Shown here: in pieces, positions 10,025 to 19,484 of the stretch
Layout of the letters: every line of letters begins with the position of its first letter
Numbering within the stretch: the first letter of the stretch is position 1
Assembly: GCA_028716725.1 (NCBI GenBank)
Contig: JAQUPG010000005.1
Coordinates: forward strand, 2,453-66,452
Length of the DNA: 64,000 bases
Source: Patescibacteria group bacterium
Lineage (GTDB): Bacteria; Patescibacteriota; Patescibacteriia; Patescibacteriales; JAQTRU01
Reading direction: 5' to 3'
Program-made: the position numbers and the translations under genes
Notes under the pieces: model-generated
The model's database searches: none
Seen by the model: only the letters and a program-made list of their open reading frames with translations
Told to the model about the DNA's origin: nothing

Positions 10025-10744
10025 TTATTTTTTCCTGCCCTCAATGTAAAAACTATGAGATAAAAACATAGAAACAGGGAATAGCAGGTTAAAAACTTTA
10101 AAAATTTTATATTTCAGGATAAAATCCGTTAAAAAATTTAAACTTCCCGGAAAAAAATAGATACCTTTAAGTTTTACTTCGAAAAAATTATTTTCTTTCA
10201 GCAAACGCCTGAAATTAAACGGGTTATACCTTTTTGGCGATATTCTTTTACTCTTTCTAAAAATGGGGAACAAAGAAAAACGATTTAGAGTATGAATTGT
10301 CAGTAAACCGTCTTTTTTCAATACTCTCCTCATTTCAGAGATGGCGGTTTCATGATCTTCAACGGTCTGCAACACTCCTAAACAAATTATCTTATCAAAA
10401 TAATTATCTGTAAACGGCAGATTATAGATACTGGCTACCTGATAATTTATATTCAAGTTTTCGGATTTTCTTTCCGCAACTTTTATAACTCCCGGGCTGA
10501 AGTCCACCCCGTAAATCTTAAACCCCTGGCGAGCCAATATTTTTGAAAATACCCCCGGACCACATCCGATATCTAATACTAACATCTGCGAATTATCGCC
10601 TTTTATACACGGTTTAAAATACTGTAAAAAATATTTAATATATGCTTCCAAGCCTTCTTTGCTCCAAATTGAAATTTCATAATCTTCATTCTTTGAATCA
10701 GCCATTTCCGAAAATTTATCTTTCCAATAGTTTTCGAGCTTCAT
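10025..10744 (-). CDS. Class I SAM-dependent methyltransferase
   Basis: Motif I VLDIGCGPGVFS, followed by the usual acidic and hydrophobic motifs (VDFSPGVI, DKIICLGVL). Confidence 0.85.
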   Translation of the reverse strand: MKLENYWKDKFSEMADSKNEDYEISIWSKEGLEAYIKYFLQYFKPCIKGDNSQMLVLDIGCGPGVFSKILARQGFKIYGVDFSPGVIKVAERKSENLNINYQVASIYNLPFTDNYFDKIICLGVLQTVEDHETAISEMRRVLKKDGLLTIHTLNRFSLFPIFRKSKRISPKRYNPFNFRRLLKENNFFEVKLKGIYFFPGSLNFLTDFILKYKIFKVFNLLFPVSMFLSHSFYIEGRKK

Positions 10745-10797
10745 GGCTTTGGCTGTTAAAATTTAAAATCAAAAATTTTATAAACAATATAAATTGC

Positions 10798-11880
10798 TTA
10801 TCTCCCTATATTTTTTCTGATAAACGGGCCAAAATTCTCTGTTACTCCCACCGGCAAATATGACCATATTTTGGAAAAACATTTCTCAAATAGTTTAGAA
10901 CCCAGCGGTGATTTGCCGGATCTAATTTCTTTTGTTTTATTTGCTTTTTGACTAAATAAATAATAGGAATAATTATCTAGCAATTTCGCCCCCCATTTAA
11001 CTTTATATTGGGCTTGATTTTCATATCTTACCGGGCCGAAATCAAACCGCTTAAAATTATTCTCGGTGGCCCATTTTATAAATTCCCAATGCACTAAATC
11101 GTTAGGCCGCTTATGCCAATATCTTAAATCCGAAGCTGTTTTCGTAATCTGGACCGTCTCCCCCAAAGCAAACCCCAACAGGGCGGCCACGGTTACACCT
11201 CCGTCTTTCACGAGAAACAACTTCATTTTATCATTAAAATATTTCAACTTATTTTGGAAATACAATAAGGAATGGGGCGGGGTGCCGAACCTTTTCATTG
11301 TTTTTAGATATAAGGGATAAAAGTGGTTGCCAATCGAATCCAGAGAAGTTTCAATTTCGCATTTAAGTCCCTCTCGATAAGCGGCGTTTACGCATTTTTT
11401 AACGCTTCTGTCAAAAACATCTTCCCATAATATTTTCGCCGGGCTCAAGGTTAAAACCGCCCTTTGGTCGTTTTTTTTCTTTACGAAATAATTTAACAAA
11501 TGATCCTGCTTATCTAAATCTATGTTAGCGTTTATTTTTAAAGAAGGAACATCCGATTTGTTAATAATCTCTTTCACAAAATTAATCAGAATATCCGCTT
11601 CCGGCTTATTTATATTTTTTGTTAGAACCCCACCATAATCGGCGAAAGGCATTGAGACCAAATTTTTCATTCCCAAAATATTTTTCCAATAAAAAATTGG
11701 CAGAACAGACAATATCTGATTATCCTTTTTTAAAACAATATATTTGGCGGTATATCCGTATGTTTCCTCCAAAACTTTTTTATAAGCTATTGTTTGGGAA
11801 AATCTTCCCTCCGGATGATTATTTACAAATTCATCCCAAATACCCTCATCTTGCCTTTGTAATAATTCAACTTTTATCAT
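10798..11880 (-). CDS. FemAB-like / GNAT-fold acyl(aminoacyl)transferase
   Basis: About 360 aa with a two-lobed FemAB-like pattern (FSQTIAYKKVLEETYGY ... KRFDFGPV). Immediately downstream of a DUF3473-type polysaccharide deacetylase, a pairing known from exopolysaccharide loci. Confidence 0.5.
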   Translation of the reverse strand: MIKVELLQRQDEGIWDEFVNNHPEGRFSQTIAYKKVLEETYGYTAKYIVLKKDNQILSVLPIFYWKNILGMKNLVSMPFADYGGVLTKNINKPEADILINFVKEIINKSDVPSLKINANIDLDKQDHLLNYFVKKKNDQRAVLTLSPAKILWEDVFDRSVKKCVNAAYREGLKCEIETSLDSIGNHFYPLYLKTMKRFGTPPHSLLYFQNKLKYFNDKMKLFLVKDGGVTVAALLGFALGETVQITKTASDLRYWHKRPNDLVHWEFIKWATENNFKRFDFGPVRYENQAQYKVKWGAKLLDNYSYYLFSQKANKTKEIRSGKSPLGSKLFEKCFSKIWSYLPVGVTENFGPFIRKNIGR

Positions 11881-12760
11881 GCAGATAGGCTTGAAAATTA
11901 ATGAACTCAAAATCGTTAATGAATTTTTCTAATTTTTTAAAAGAATTTTTAATGCCCCAATATTTTAATTTTAACTTCCAACGCGGCGCCTTAACGTCTG
12001 GTATAAAATTAAAAAATTCGTGAGGATGACCGTAAAAGACAAAATAATTTTCTTTTATTAGTTGGCGCCTTACGAGCCGTTTATAAATAAAATAAGGAAT
12101 AAAACGGAAATAAAAACCTCCAGATATTGGCATCCGGCAAAAGGTAGTTAGGGGAAATTCGATTATTTTCCCCCCTAAATCATCAAAAAAATTATCTCGA
12201 GACAACCTGAACGGCAGACGGCTGGCTTTATTTACGCCGTGAGGGCCAACCTTGGCCGGGACTAAGCTGCTATCATATTTAAATCCCAATTCCTCTAAAA
12301 TTTTAACTAAATATAATGTCTGTTTATTCAAAGAAAAGCAGGGCGCCCGAAATCCAAAAATCTTTTTGCCAATGATATTCTCTAAAATACCCTTATTTCT
12401 TTTTATATCTTCGAAATACTCTTCAAATTCTCTATCATACAAAACTTCATGGCTATAGCTATGAGCAGCTACCTCGTGATCCAAGGCAATCTTTTTAACG
12501 ATCTCCGGATATTTTTCCGCTACTTTTCCGGTTATAAAAAAAGTTGCGGAAATTCCTTTGGCTTTAAGTAAATCTAAAATAGGCGACAAAGATTCTTTAA
12601 TCAAATCTGGCTGATTGATTATAGTGGATTTGTCCAAATATTTCCTTAAGAAATATGAGTCATACCAATGCTCAAAGTCAAAACTTAAAATTATTTTACT
12701 TGTCCCGCCTGCCACATTATAATGGTGGCCAAGGCGGTGATTGTTTTTTTTCTGCTCCAT
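11867..12760 (-). CDS. Polysaccharide deacetylase (NodB-homology, DUF3473-type)
   Basis: ILSFDFEHWYDS (metal/acid motif) and AAHSYSHE (H-x3-H motif). Confidence 0.7.
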   Translation of the reverse strand: MEQKKNNHRLGHHYNVAGGTSKIILSFDFEHWYDSYFLRKYLDKSTIINQPDLIKESLSPILDLLKAKGISATFFITGKVAEKYPEIVKKIALDHEVAAHSYSHEVLYDREFEEYFEDIKRNKGILENIIGKKIFGFRAPCFSLNKQTLYLVKILEELGFKYDSSLVPAKVGPHGVNKASRLPFRLSRDNFFDDLGGKIIEFPLTTFCRMPISGGFYFRFIPYFIYKRLVRRQLIKENYFVFYGHPHEFFNFIPDVKAPRWKLKLKYWGIKNSFKKLEKFINDFEFINFQAYLHDKS

Positions 12761-12765
12761 GGCGT

Positions 12766-13641
12766 CTATTTATTTAACTCCCTTCTGATAGCGGCTATCT
12801 GATCCAAAATAACCCCAAAGGAAAAAATAAAAATAGTGGCGATAAAAAGAATAATTGAAGTATCGGAAATATTGGAAAGTCTTATATCATTAGTAACGGA
12901 AACAATGGTTATCAGGGCAAACAACAGACTTATAGGAATAAAAAACCTCATCGGTGAAAAAAGAGTGATTATCCTGGTAATCAAAACAAAAGTCTTTAAG
13001 GCATCACGGGGAGAAACTGTGCTTTTGCCAACCCTTTTATTAACCCTTATGGGGATATACCTGACATTATACCCCGCCTTTAAGAAAGCCATGGTTGTGG
13101 TCGTTGAAAGCGAAAAACCGTTCGGGTAGAGATGAACATATTTATTAAACTTTTCCCTGTTAGCAAGTCTTAACCCGGAATTCAAATCCGGTATTTTAAA
13201 ATCAACCAGATAACTGGCTAGCCATTTTAATATTTTTTTGCCCGGTTGTCTTGCCCATGGGCCCTGACAGCCCTGGCGTTCGCCAACTACCATATCATAT
13301 CCGTCCCTCGCCTCCATTAATCTTTTAACATCTTCGGGGTTATGCTGACCATCGCCATCATAAAATATCAAATATCTGCCGCTGGCCTTCTCCGCTCCCA
13401 ATTTTAAGGCTGAACCATAACCTTTGTTATAAGGATTGCGGAAAATTTTTAGCTCTTCTAATTTTAATCCGTTCAAAATATTATAAGTGTCGTCGGTAGA
13501 GCCGTCATCTATGGCTAATATTTCATAAGGAGAATCAATTGCACTATCCTTCAGATAAGCTGATAAATCAAGAACAACCTTTTCGATAGCCTTGGCTTCA
13601 TTAAAAATCGGGATGATTATACTGTATTGGATCTTATCCAT
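12766..13641 (-). CDS. Family 2 glycosyltransferase, polyprenol-phosphate sugar synthase type (DPM1/GtrB/ArnC-like)
   Basis: YSIIIPIFNEAKAIEKVV, DDGSTDDT, DGDGQHNP, plus C-terminal TM helices. Confidence 0.85.
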   Translation of the reverse strand: MDKIQYSIIIPIFNEAKAIEKVVLDLSAYLKDSAIDSPYEILAIDDGSTDDTYNILNGLKLEELKIFRNPYNKGYGSALKLGAEKASGRYLIFYDGDGQHNPEDVKRLMEARDGYDMVVGERQGCQGPWARQPGKKILKWLASYLVDFKIPDLNSGLRLANREKFNKYVHLYPNGFSLSTTTTMAFLKAGYNVRYIPIRVNKRVGKSTVSPRDALKTFVLITRIITLFSPMRFFIPISLLFALITIVSVTNDIRLSNISDTSIILFIATIFIFSFGVILDQIAAIRRELNK

Positions 13642-13646
13642 AATTT

Positions 13647-14822
13647 TTATTTAATAAATTTAATAATATTTATAGCCCTCTTCTCCCAAGTATAATCTTT
13701 AACGTCCTGGTAAGCTTTCTTTAAAATTTTATCAGCTAAAGCCCTATTTTGCAACACTCCCTTAATACCCTTGGCTAAACTCTCCGGATCATCGGGCTTA
13801 ACAAAAAAAGCGTTATCTTCGTTTAAAATCCCCCTGACTGCCGGCAAATCCGAAGTTATTATCGGGCGTCGACTGGCCATATACTCGAACATTTTTATGG
13901 GTGACATGTAAAAAGCGTAATGCTTTTTATACGGGAAAGGCATCAGTAGAATATCGCAAGCTTTTTGATAAACTGCCAGTTCTTTCATACCGACCCTGGG
14001 AATTAAAAAAATATTATTTTCAACTCCTAGATTTTTGGCCATCTCCCCGTAATAGCTAATATCGGCCTCATTCCCGCCAATGGCCAGAAAAAGAATGTCC
14101 TGTCTGCTATTTAAAATAATTTTTAAAGCTTCCAATATATCTGAAATTCCCTTATCCATACCCATGGTTTTAAAACTACCGGTGTAACCCAAAATTACTC
14201 CCCCCTTAGGCAAGTCTAATTTTCCCCTCGCCTGCTCCTTGGTCATACTGATATCGAATTCTTTTAAATCCACCCCGTCGGGCGCTATTAAAATTTTATC
14301 AGCTGAAATTCCACTCTCAATTAATCCGTTTTTTATAAAATCCGTCAGGACAATCAGTTTTTTCGCCTTTGCCCAAATTTTTTTATGGATTTCAGAAATA
14401 TTTTCCGGCAAAGAATGCAATTCTAAAATAAAATCCTTAAAAAATAATCCGGCCAACTGCTCTCTCGTATATAAAATATCATATCTTCTAAAAACTAAAT
14501 AAATTTTGGCCGCGGCCAAAAAACTTATAATCTGGATCCAGAAGCCTGCTCGGCCGAAATTGACTAAATCAAGAGAAAATATTTTTGTTATTCTAAATTT
14601 TTCCCTTACGCCATAAAACGAAAAGGGACTGGCTTTAATTTTAGAAAATCTCCAGGGAACAATAAGCCCTAATTCTACTTCCGCCTCCGCAAAAGCTTCG
14701 CCCATTTTCATTATTTGCCGGCCATGGGCTTTTTCGGTTGGAATTCTGGCGTTAGCCAGATAAATCATTTTCACCCCGTTAGAAGTTTTAATTAAATTAA
14801 AAATTTTCTCATTTTTTTTCAT
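13647..14822 (-). CDS. Family 4 (GT-B) glycosyltransferase
   Basis: 391 aa with two Rossmann halves. The C-terminal half has a GT4-like FEYMASRRPIITSD segment. The start may be the internal MIYLANARIP (14768). Confidence 0.75.
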   Translation of the reverse strand: MKKNEKIFNLIKTSNGVKMIYLANARIPTEKAHGRQIMKMGEAFAEAEVELGLIVPWRFSKIKASPFSFYGVREKFRITKIFSLDLVNFGRAGFWIQIISFLAAAKIYLVFRRYDILYTREQLAGLFFKDFILELHSLPENISEIHKKIWAKAKKLIVLTDFIKNGLIESGISADKILIAPDGVDLKEFDISMTKEQARGKLDLPKGGVILGYTGSFKTMGMDKGISDILEALKIILNSRQDILFLAIGGNEADISYYGEMAKNLGVENNIFLIPRVGMKELAVYQKACDILLMPFPYKKHYAFYMSPIKMFEYMASRRPIITSDLPAVRGILNEDNAFFVKPDDPESLAKGIKGVLQNRALADKILKKAYQDVKDYTWEKRAINIIKFIK

Positions 14823-14852
14823 AATTACACCTAATTATGCTTATCTTCCCCC

Positions 14853-15527
14853 TCAACAGAAGATATCTACCGGATTTCTAACGGGGTATTTTTTAACTTT
14901 AACGACAAACGATAAGGCAAATAAAGAGGGGCGCCACAAAGCTAAACGCCCAAATAATCTGCCTACAATTGGCTTAGTTTTCCAAAAAGTATTTATTCTT
15001 AATTCCGCTATGTCTAAATTATTTTTCTTTAAAAGGCTCTTCAAAACCGGATAACTAAACCAAAAAGCATGGCCTTTATTTTCTTTATTGTTTTCTGGCA
15101 CCCGCCCCCTTGCCATCTGGATTCGGGCCGGCAGGGAGCTGAAATTAGGCACGCTTATTATTATGTACTTCTTGGATATCCGTTTGGCCTCGGAAAGCAA
15201 CTTTTCCGGGCAAGGCAAATGTTCTAAAACATCAAGAATGGTCACATAATCAAAAGAGTTATCCGCTATCGGCAAATTCTCCTGGCTACCATCAATAAAG
15301 CAGGCTTCTAACCCTTTCATTTTACATTTCTCAATGGCGGTTTTAGAGAAATCAACCCCGCTTCCCTTTATTCCTTTCTTTCGAAGCAACTCCATAAATA
15401 AACCGTCGCCACAACCCAAATCCAAAACTTTCCCCCCGCCGATAAGATCTAAAGCGGCCCTGTGCCTATAAACCAAGGGCTGGTTCCGGTTTTGCCAATA
15501 TTTATTTGAAAAAGTTTTAAAATTCAT
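14853..15527 (-). CDS. Class I SAM-dependent methyltransferase
   Basis: Motif I VLDLGCGDGLF; DYVTILDVLEHL. Confidence 0.8.
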   Translation of the reverse strand: MNFKTFSNKYWQNRNQPLVYRHRAALDLIGGGKVLDLGCGDGLFMELLRKKGIKGSGVDFSKTAIEKCKMKGLEACFIDGSQENLPIADNSFDYVTILDVLEHLPCPEKLLSEAKRISKKYIIISVPNFSSLPARIQMARGRVPENNKENKGHAFWFSYPVLKSLLKKNNLDIAELRINTFWKTKPIVGRLFGRLALWRPSLFALSFVVKVKKYPVRNPVDIFC

Positions 15528-15575
15528 ACCTTAGACGGCCAGAAATAGTAAAAAAACTCTCCTGGACTGGTCAAG

Positions 15576-16379
15576 TTAATCTATTTTTCGGGCGGCGATA
15601 ATTATTGACCAGCTTAAATTTTTTACAAAAGGAATTTTAGCCAATAAATTATCTATTTCTACAAGGGGTTTTAAAAAAAAACAAGGAAAATATTTTACAA
15701 AAGAGAAAATATCAGGAAAACCAAAGGGGAAAGCCAAAAAGCCGAATCGATCAACTTTCATAATTTCAAATCCGTTATCATTAAGTAAACTCTTAAGCTC
15801 GCTAAAATAAAAAGATTTATGAGTGGCACTGAAATGGCTATTTAACCGATAGACGATTTTTCTTATTAGCTTATGTAAGACCGTGCTCACTGGTTCGGAA
15901 ATTATTAATAAACCGCCGGGCTTTAAAACTTTATGTATTTGTTCAATGCCCCGGGCTGGGCTGGGCAGATGATGAAAAGCGCCTCGGGCGATAACCACGT
16001 CAAAATCATTTTTTAAATCTAAATTTTCCGCATCCTGCTGATGTAAAATAAAATTTTTACTGTTCCCATAATTATGCTGACCGACTTTTATCATCTCCCG
16101 GGAAATATCAATGCCAGTATATTCTGTCTGGGAAAAACGGTTTTTTAGAACGGGATAGAGGCTGGCTGTACCGCAACAATAATCAAGGACTTTTTTCGGC
16201 TCCGATTTTAAATTATCTAGAATTTTATTTAACCAATAATCCTGATAATAACGGGAAAATTTATTCCGCTCCCTGATACTGTCATATTTTTTAGCGATTA
16301 CTTTATCATGCAACCTTAATTCTTCCAATTTTTCTCCCGATAAATTATTAAGATCAATGGACATAAAAAATATTATCAA
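15576..16379 (-). CDS. Class I SAM-dependent methyltransferase
   Basis: Motif I VLDYCCGTASL; DVVIARGAFHHL; KPGGLLIISE. Confidence 0.8.
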   Translation of the reverse strand: MIIFFMSIDLNNLSGEKLEELRLHDKVIAKKYDSIRERNKFSRYYQDYWLNKILDNLKSEPKKVLDYCCGTASLYPVLKNRFSQTEYTGIDISREMIKVGQHNYGNSKNFILHQQDAENLDLKNDFDVVIARGAFHHLPSPARGIEQIHKVLKPGGLLIISEPVSTVLHKLIRKIVYRLNSHFSATHKSFYFSELKSLLNDNGFEIMKVDRFGFLAFPFGFPDIFSFVKYFPCFFLKPLVEIDNLLAKIPFVKNLSWSIIIAARKID

Positions 16380-16382
16380 AAA

Positions 16383-17330
16383 TTATTTATTTTCTATTAT
16401 TTCCTTAATGTCATAAACTTTATCTTTAGTCGCGGCAAAATAATTTTTAGACAGCATATCGGCTAATAAGCCAAAAACGAAAAATTGGACACCAATTAAA
16501 AATCCAAACATAGATAATTCCGTTAAAGCTGTATCTGATAAATCCTGGGCATTGAAGATCTTGCCATAAACAGCCAAAAGACCGGCCACAATAGAAATTA
16601 AAATTAAAGCTAAACCGAAACTACCGAATAAATGGAGGGGACGGCTGGCATATTTTTTCCAGAACCAAATTGAAATCATATCCAGGTTGCCTTTAATGCC
16701 TCTTTTCCAGTTATACTTGGTTTTACCGGTCCGGCGGGGTCGGTGGTCAACCTCCAATTCGCCAATTTTATAACCTTTAATTTTAAGCAGGGCCGGAATA
16801 AAACGGTGCATTTCCCCTACCAAGTCCACATAATTAAAGCATTCTTTCTTATAAACCTTAAGAGTGCAGCCGCTATCATGAACCCCGTCATTGACAAGAA
16901 GCTTTCTTACTACCGCGGCGCATCTTGAAAAAAATTTCTTTAAAAAAGGATCCTGACGGTGCTTGCGCCAACCGGAGACTACATCCAAATCATTACGTTC
17001 CAGTTTTTCTAATAATTTTAAAATGTCATGGGGATTATTCTGCCCATCCCCGTCTAAAGCGGCGACATATCTGCCTTGCGCCGCCTTAATGCCCGCATCA
17101 AGAGCGGCTGTCTGGCCAAAATTTTTTCTAAAATTGATAATTTTAATCGGGGACAATTTCCTTAAATTCTCCAGAGTCTTATCGGTTGAACCGTCATTAA
17201 TAAAAATAATCTCAAAAGGCCTATCTAATCGCCGGCCGGTAGCCATGATCTCATGATACAAATCAATTACTGATTCCGCTTCGTTAAAAGCAGGCACGAT
17301 TATTGATAGATACATATCTTTTATTTCCAT
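16383..17330 (-). CDS. Family 2 glycosyltransferase, polyprenol-phosphate sugar synthase type (GtrB/ArnC-like)
   Basis: LSIIVPAFNEAESV, NDGSTDKT, DGDGQNNP, and two C-terminal TM helices (LHLFGSFGLALILISIVAGLL; FGFLIGVQFFVFGLLADML). Confidence 0.85.
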   Translation of the reverse strand: MEIKDMYLSIIVPAFNEAESVIDLYHEIMATGRRLDRPFEIIFINDGSTDKTLENLRKLSPIKIINFRKNFGQTAALDAGIKAAQGRYVAALDGDGQNNPHDILKLLEKLERNDLDVVSGWRKHRQDPFLKKFFSRCAAVVRKLLVNDGVHDSGCTLKVYKKECFNYVDLVGEMHRFIPALLKIKGYKIGELEVDHRPRRTGKTKYNWKRGIKGNLDMISIWFWKKYASRPLHLFGSFGLALILISIVAGLLAVYGKIFNAQDLSDTALTELSMFGFLIGVQFFVFGLLADMLSKNYFAATKDKVYDIKEIIENK

Positions 17331-17409
17331 ATTTTAAATGGATTTATTTACTAAAATATAATTAATATTTTAAAAAAGAGGCGGCCAAACATATTTTAAG
17401 GCCTAAATT

Positions 17410-18492
17410 CTACGGGATTGCTCTGATAATATTTTTTACTAAATTTTCAAGGCTATGATTTTTTACCACTATCTCCCTTAAACTTTTCCCTATTGTCTGA
17501 AATTGTTCAACCGGCAAATTATAAATATGTTCTATTTTTTCCGCTAAACCCTTAAAATCTTTTTTGGAATACATCAACTCTCGGCGATAATCTCTCAAAA
17601 CTTCAAGCATAGCCTCATTACAGGTTATAACCGGCAACTGGCAGGCCATAGCTTCCACCATGGCTTTATCTAAACTGCCGGTTTGCCCCATATTAACGAA
17701 AATGTCTGCCTCTTGCAAAAATGGCACTATATCTTTATTCGCTATGGGACCAATAAATTTTACTTCATTTTCTAAATTTTTATCTTTTACTGATTGGGAT
17801 AATTTATTAAAATAATTTTTATCAGATTCGGTGGCTGGCCCGCCAATAATTTTTACGTTTATTTTTATTCCTTTATTTTTTAAAATTTCAACAGCTTTAA
17901 TCAGGGTTGCGTAATCCTTAGACGGGGAGATTCTGCCTATAGAAATTATCTTAAATTTACTACCCGAAATCCGAAGTCCGAAATCCGAAGTCCGAAATTT
18001 GTTCACGTCTATTCCTTGACCGATTATTTTAATTTTACGACTCTTAAGCCGGCAACCGCTGGCTGTAGAAGTAAATATAATATTAACTAGCCTTTCAGCA
18101 ACCTTCAGATAAAAAGGAACGTAGCCATGAGCATACCATAAAGTAATTTTTTTTCCGGCTAGTTTCCAAAAAACTCCTCCTAAAACAACATATTCAGGAT
18201 TCATATGCACAAAAACCTTATCGTAATTTTTTCTTTCCCGGATTATATAATTGTAAAATCTAAGGATAGCTACTAATTTTCGTATGAAATTAAAATATTT
18301 ACCCAAACGCAAGAATTCGTCCTTGCCCAAAGACAGTACTCTTACATTCCCGGGAAACTCGTATCGGCCCCGCTGTAAACAAATTACCGTAACTTTTTCG
18401 CAATGTTTGGCAAATTCCTCTATCCAACTATGCATAAACCCTAAAACATCGTCATCAATATCTACCTTTTGGGTTAAAATAAGCAATTTCAT
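17410..18492 (-). CDS. Family 4 (GT-B) glycosyltransferase
   Basis: 360 aa; GRISPSKD...; E-x7-E-like region SLDKAMVEAMACQLPVITCNE. Confidence 0.8.
   Translation of the reverse strand: MKLLILTQKVDIDDDVLGFMHSWIEEFAKHCEKVTVICLQRGRYEFPGNVRVLSLGKDEFLRLGKYFNFIRKLVAILRFYNYIIRERKNYDKVFVHMNPEYVVLGGVFWKLAGKKITLWYAHGYVPFYLKVAERLVNIIFTSTASGCRLKSRKIKIIGQGIDVNKFRTSDFGLRISGSKFKIISIGRISPSKDYATLIKAVEILKNKGIKINVKIIGGPATESDKNYFNKLSQSVKDKNLENEVKFIGPIANKDIVPFLQEADIFVNMGQTGSLDKAMVEAMACQLPVITCNEAMLEVLRDYRRELMYSKKDFKGLAEKIEHIYNLPVEQFQTIGKSLREIVVKNHSLENLVKNIIRAIP
17964..17998. repeat. 2.5 copies of a 14-bp tandem unit CCGAAATCCGAAGT inside the GT4 coding sequence
   Basis: Read directly: ccgaaatccgaagt ccgaaatccgaagt ccgaaat. 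It encodes the inter-domain loop RTSDFGLRISGS. Confidence 0.8.
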
Positions 18493-18505
18493 AATTTTTA
18501 ATCAA

Positions 18506-19465
18506 TTAGGCCGCCTGGCTTACACTGGCAGGAGCTAAAGACTCCCGCGCCTCTTTCATATTATCAATAACCCGGCTAAAACTTGCTATTTTCGGCTTCA
18601 TAATCCCAGAAATATTTTGCTTAAGCAGCCCCTCTCTCTGCTCCGACAAAGACTTCATCAATTCATCAAATATCTCCGCTTCCTTAGAAGATAAAGGCGT
18701 GTCCGGATCGGCTTCAATATTTTCCGCTAATTCTTTAAACTCATTTCCGCTTAAAGAAAGGTAAAAAATTGGTACATTAGATAATTCTTTTCTGATTAAT
18801 TTCCCCGAATCTTTCCCCTGGCCAAAAGTCAGGCCGTATTTTATATGAGCTCCACCCTTGGCGTTCTTTTTTGATATTTTTTCCCATTTCTTGCTCTGGT
18901 TAACGGCGGTTTTCCCCTCTCTATGAAAAGTATCTAAAACTTCATCAAAAGCGCCAACCACTTCTCCGGTTTCCCGGTCAATAATTAAAGTATCAACGCT
19001 ATTCTCATAATCATCATGGCAAGAAGCGCGAGCGATTAAAAAACGCTTACCAAGAACCCGGTCAAGAAGAGCGGTAATTAGTTTCTCCGCCTGAATTGTC
19101 GGAGAATTTTCTCTTTGTTCGCGCCAATAAGCTAAAATTTCCTCTTCTCCCCTTACGCCTTTTTCTTTTTCATAATATGCCTGCGTTCGGGGATTATCGG
19201 CCGCACTCATTTGCCTTTCCTTTGCCAAAATTCCGTCTTCATCTGCCGGCACTTCGTCAAAATCGGGATTATCTTCAAGCGGACCGCCAAGGCTTTCTCT
19301 AAATACTTCCATATTTATCGTGCCGTCTCTGTTAAGCAGCTCCCCGCCGATTTGCCCACTAAATTCTTTATTAACTCTTTCCGCCAATCCGAGCATCAGC
19401 CGGTCCAGTTTTTCTCCGGTATTTTCCCTTCTTTCAATTTCCTGCCTTGGCATTTTTTCAACCAT
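18506..19465 (-). CDS. Hypothetical protein, 319 aa, no recognisable family
   Basis: Long ORF 19 nt downstream of the AbrB-like gene. Charged and hydrophilic with no TM segment. Visibly higher G+C than the adjacent glycan genes. Confidence 0.55.
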   Translation of the reverse strand: MVEKMPRQEIERRENTGEKLDRLMLGLAERVNKEFSGQIGGELLNRDGTINMEVFRESLGGPLEDNPDFDEVPADEDGILAKERQMSAADNPRTQAYYEKEKGVRGEEEILAYWREQRENSPTIQAEKLITALLDRVLGKRFLIARASCHDDYENSVDTLIIDRETGEVVGAFDEVLDTFHREGKTAVNQSKKWEKISKKNAKGGAHIKYGLTFGQGKDSGKLIRKELSNVPIFYLSLSGNEFKELAENIEADPDTPLSSKEAEIFDELMKSLSEQREGLLKQNISGIMKPKIASFSRVIDNMKEARESLAPASVSQAA

Positions 19466-19484
19466 AATATTAAAGCTTATTTTA

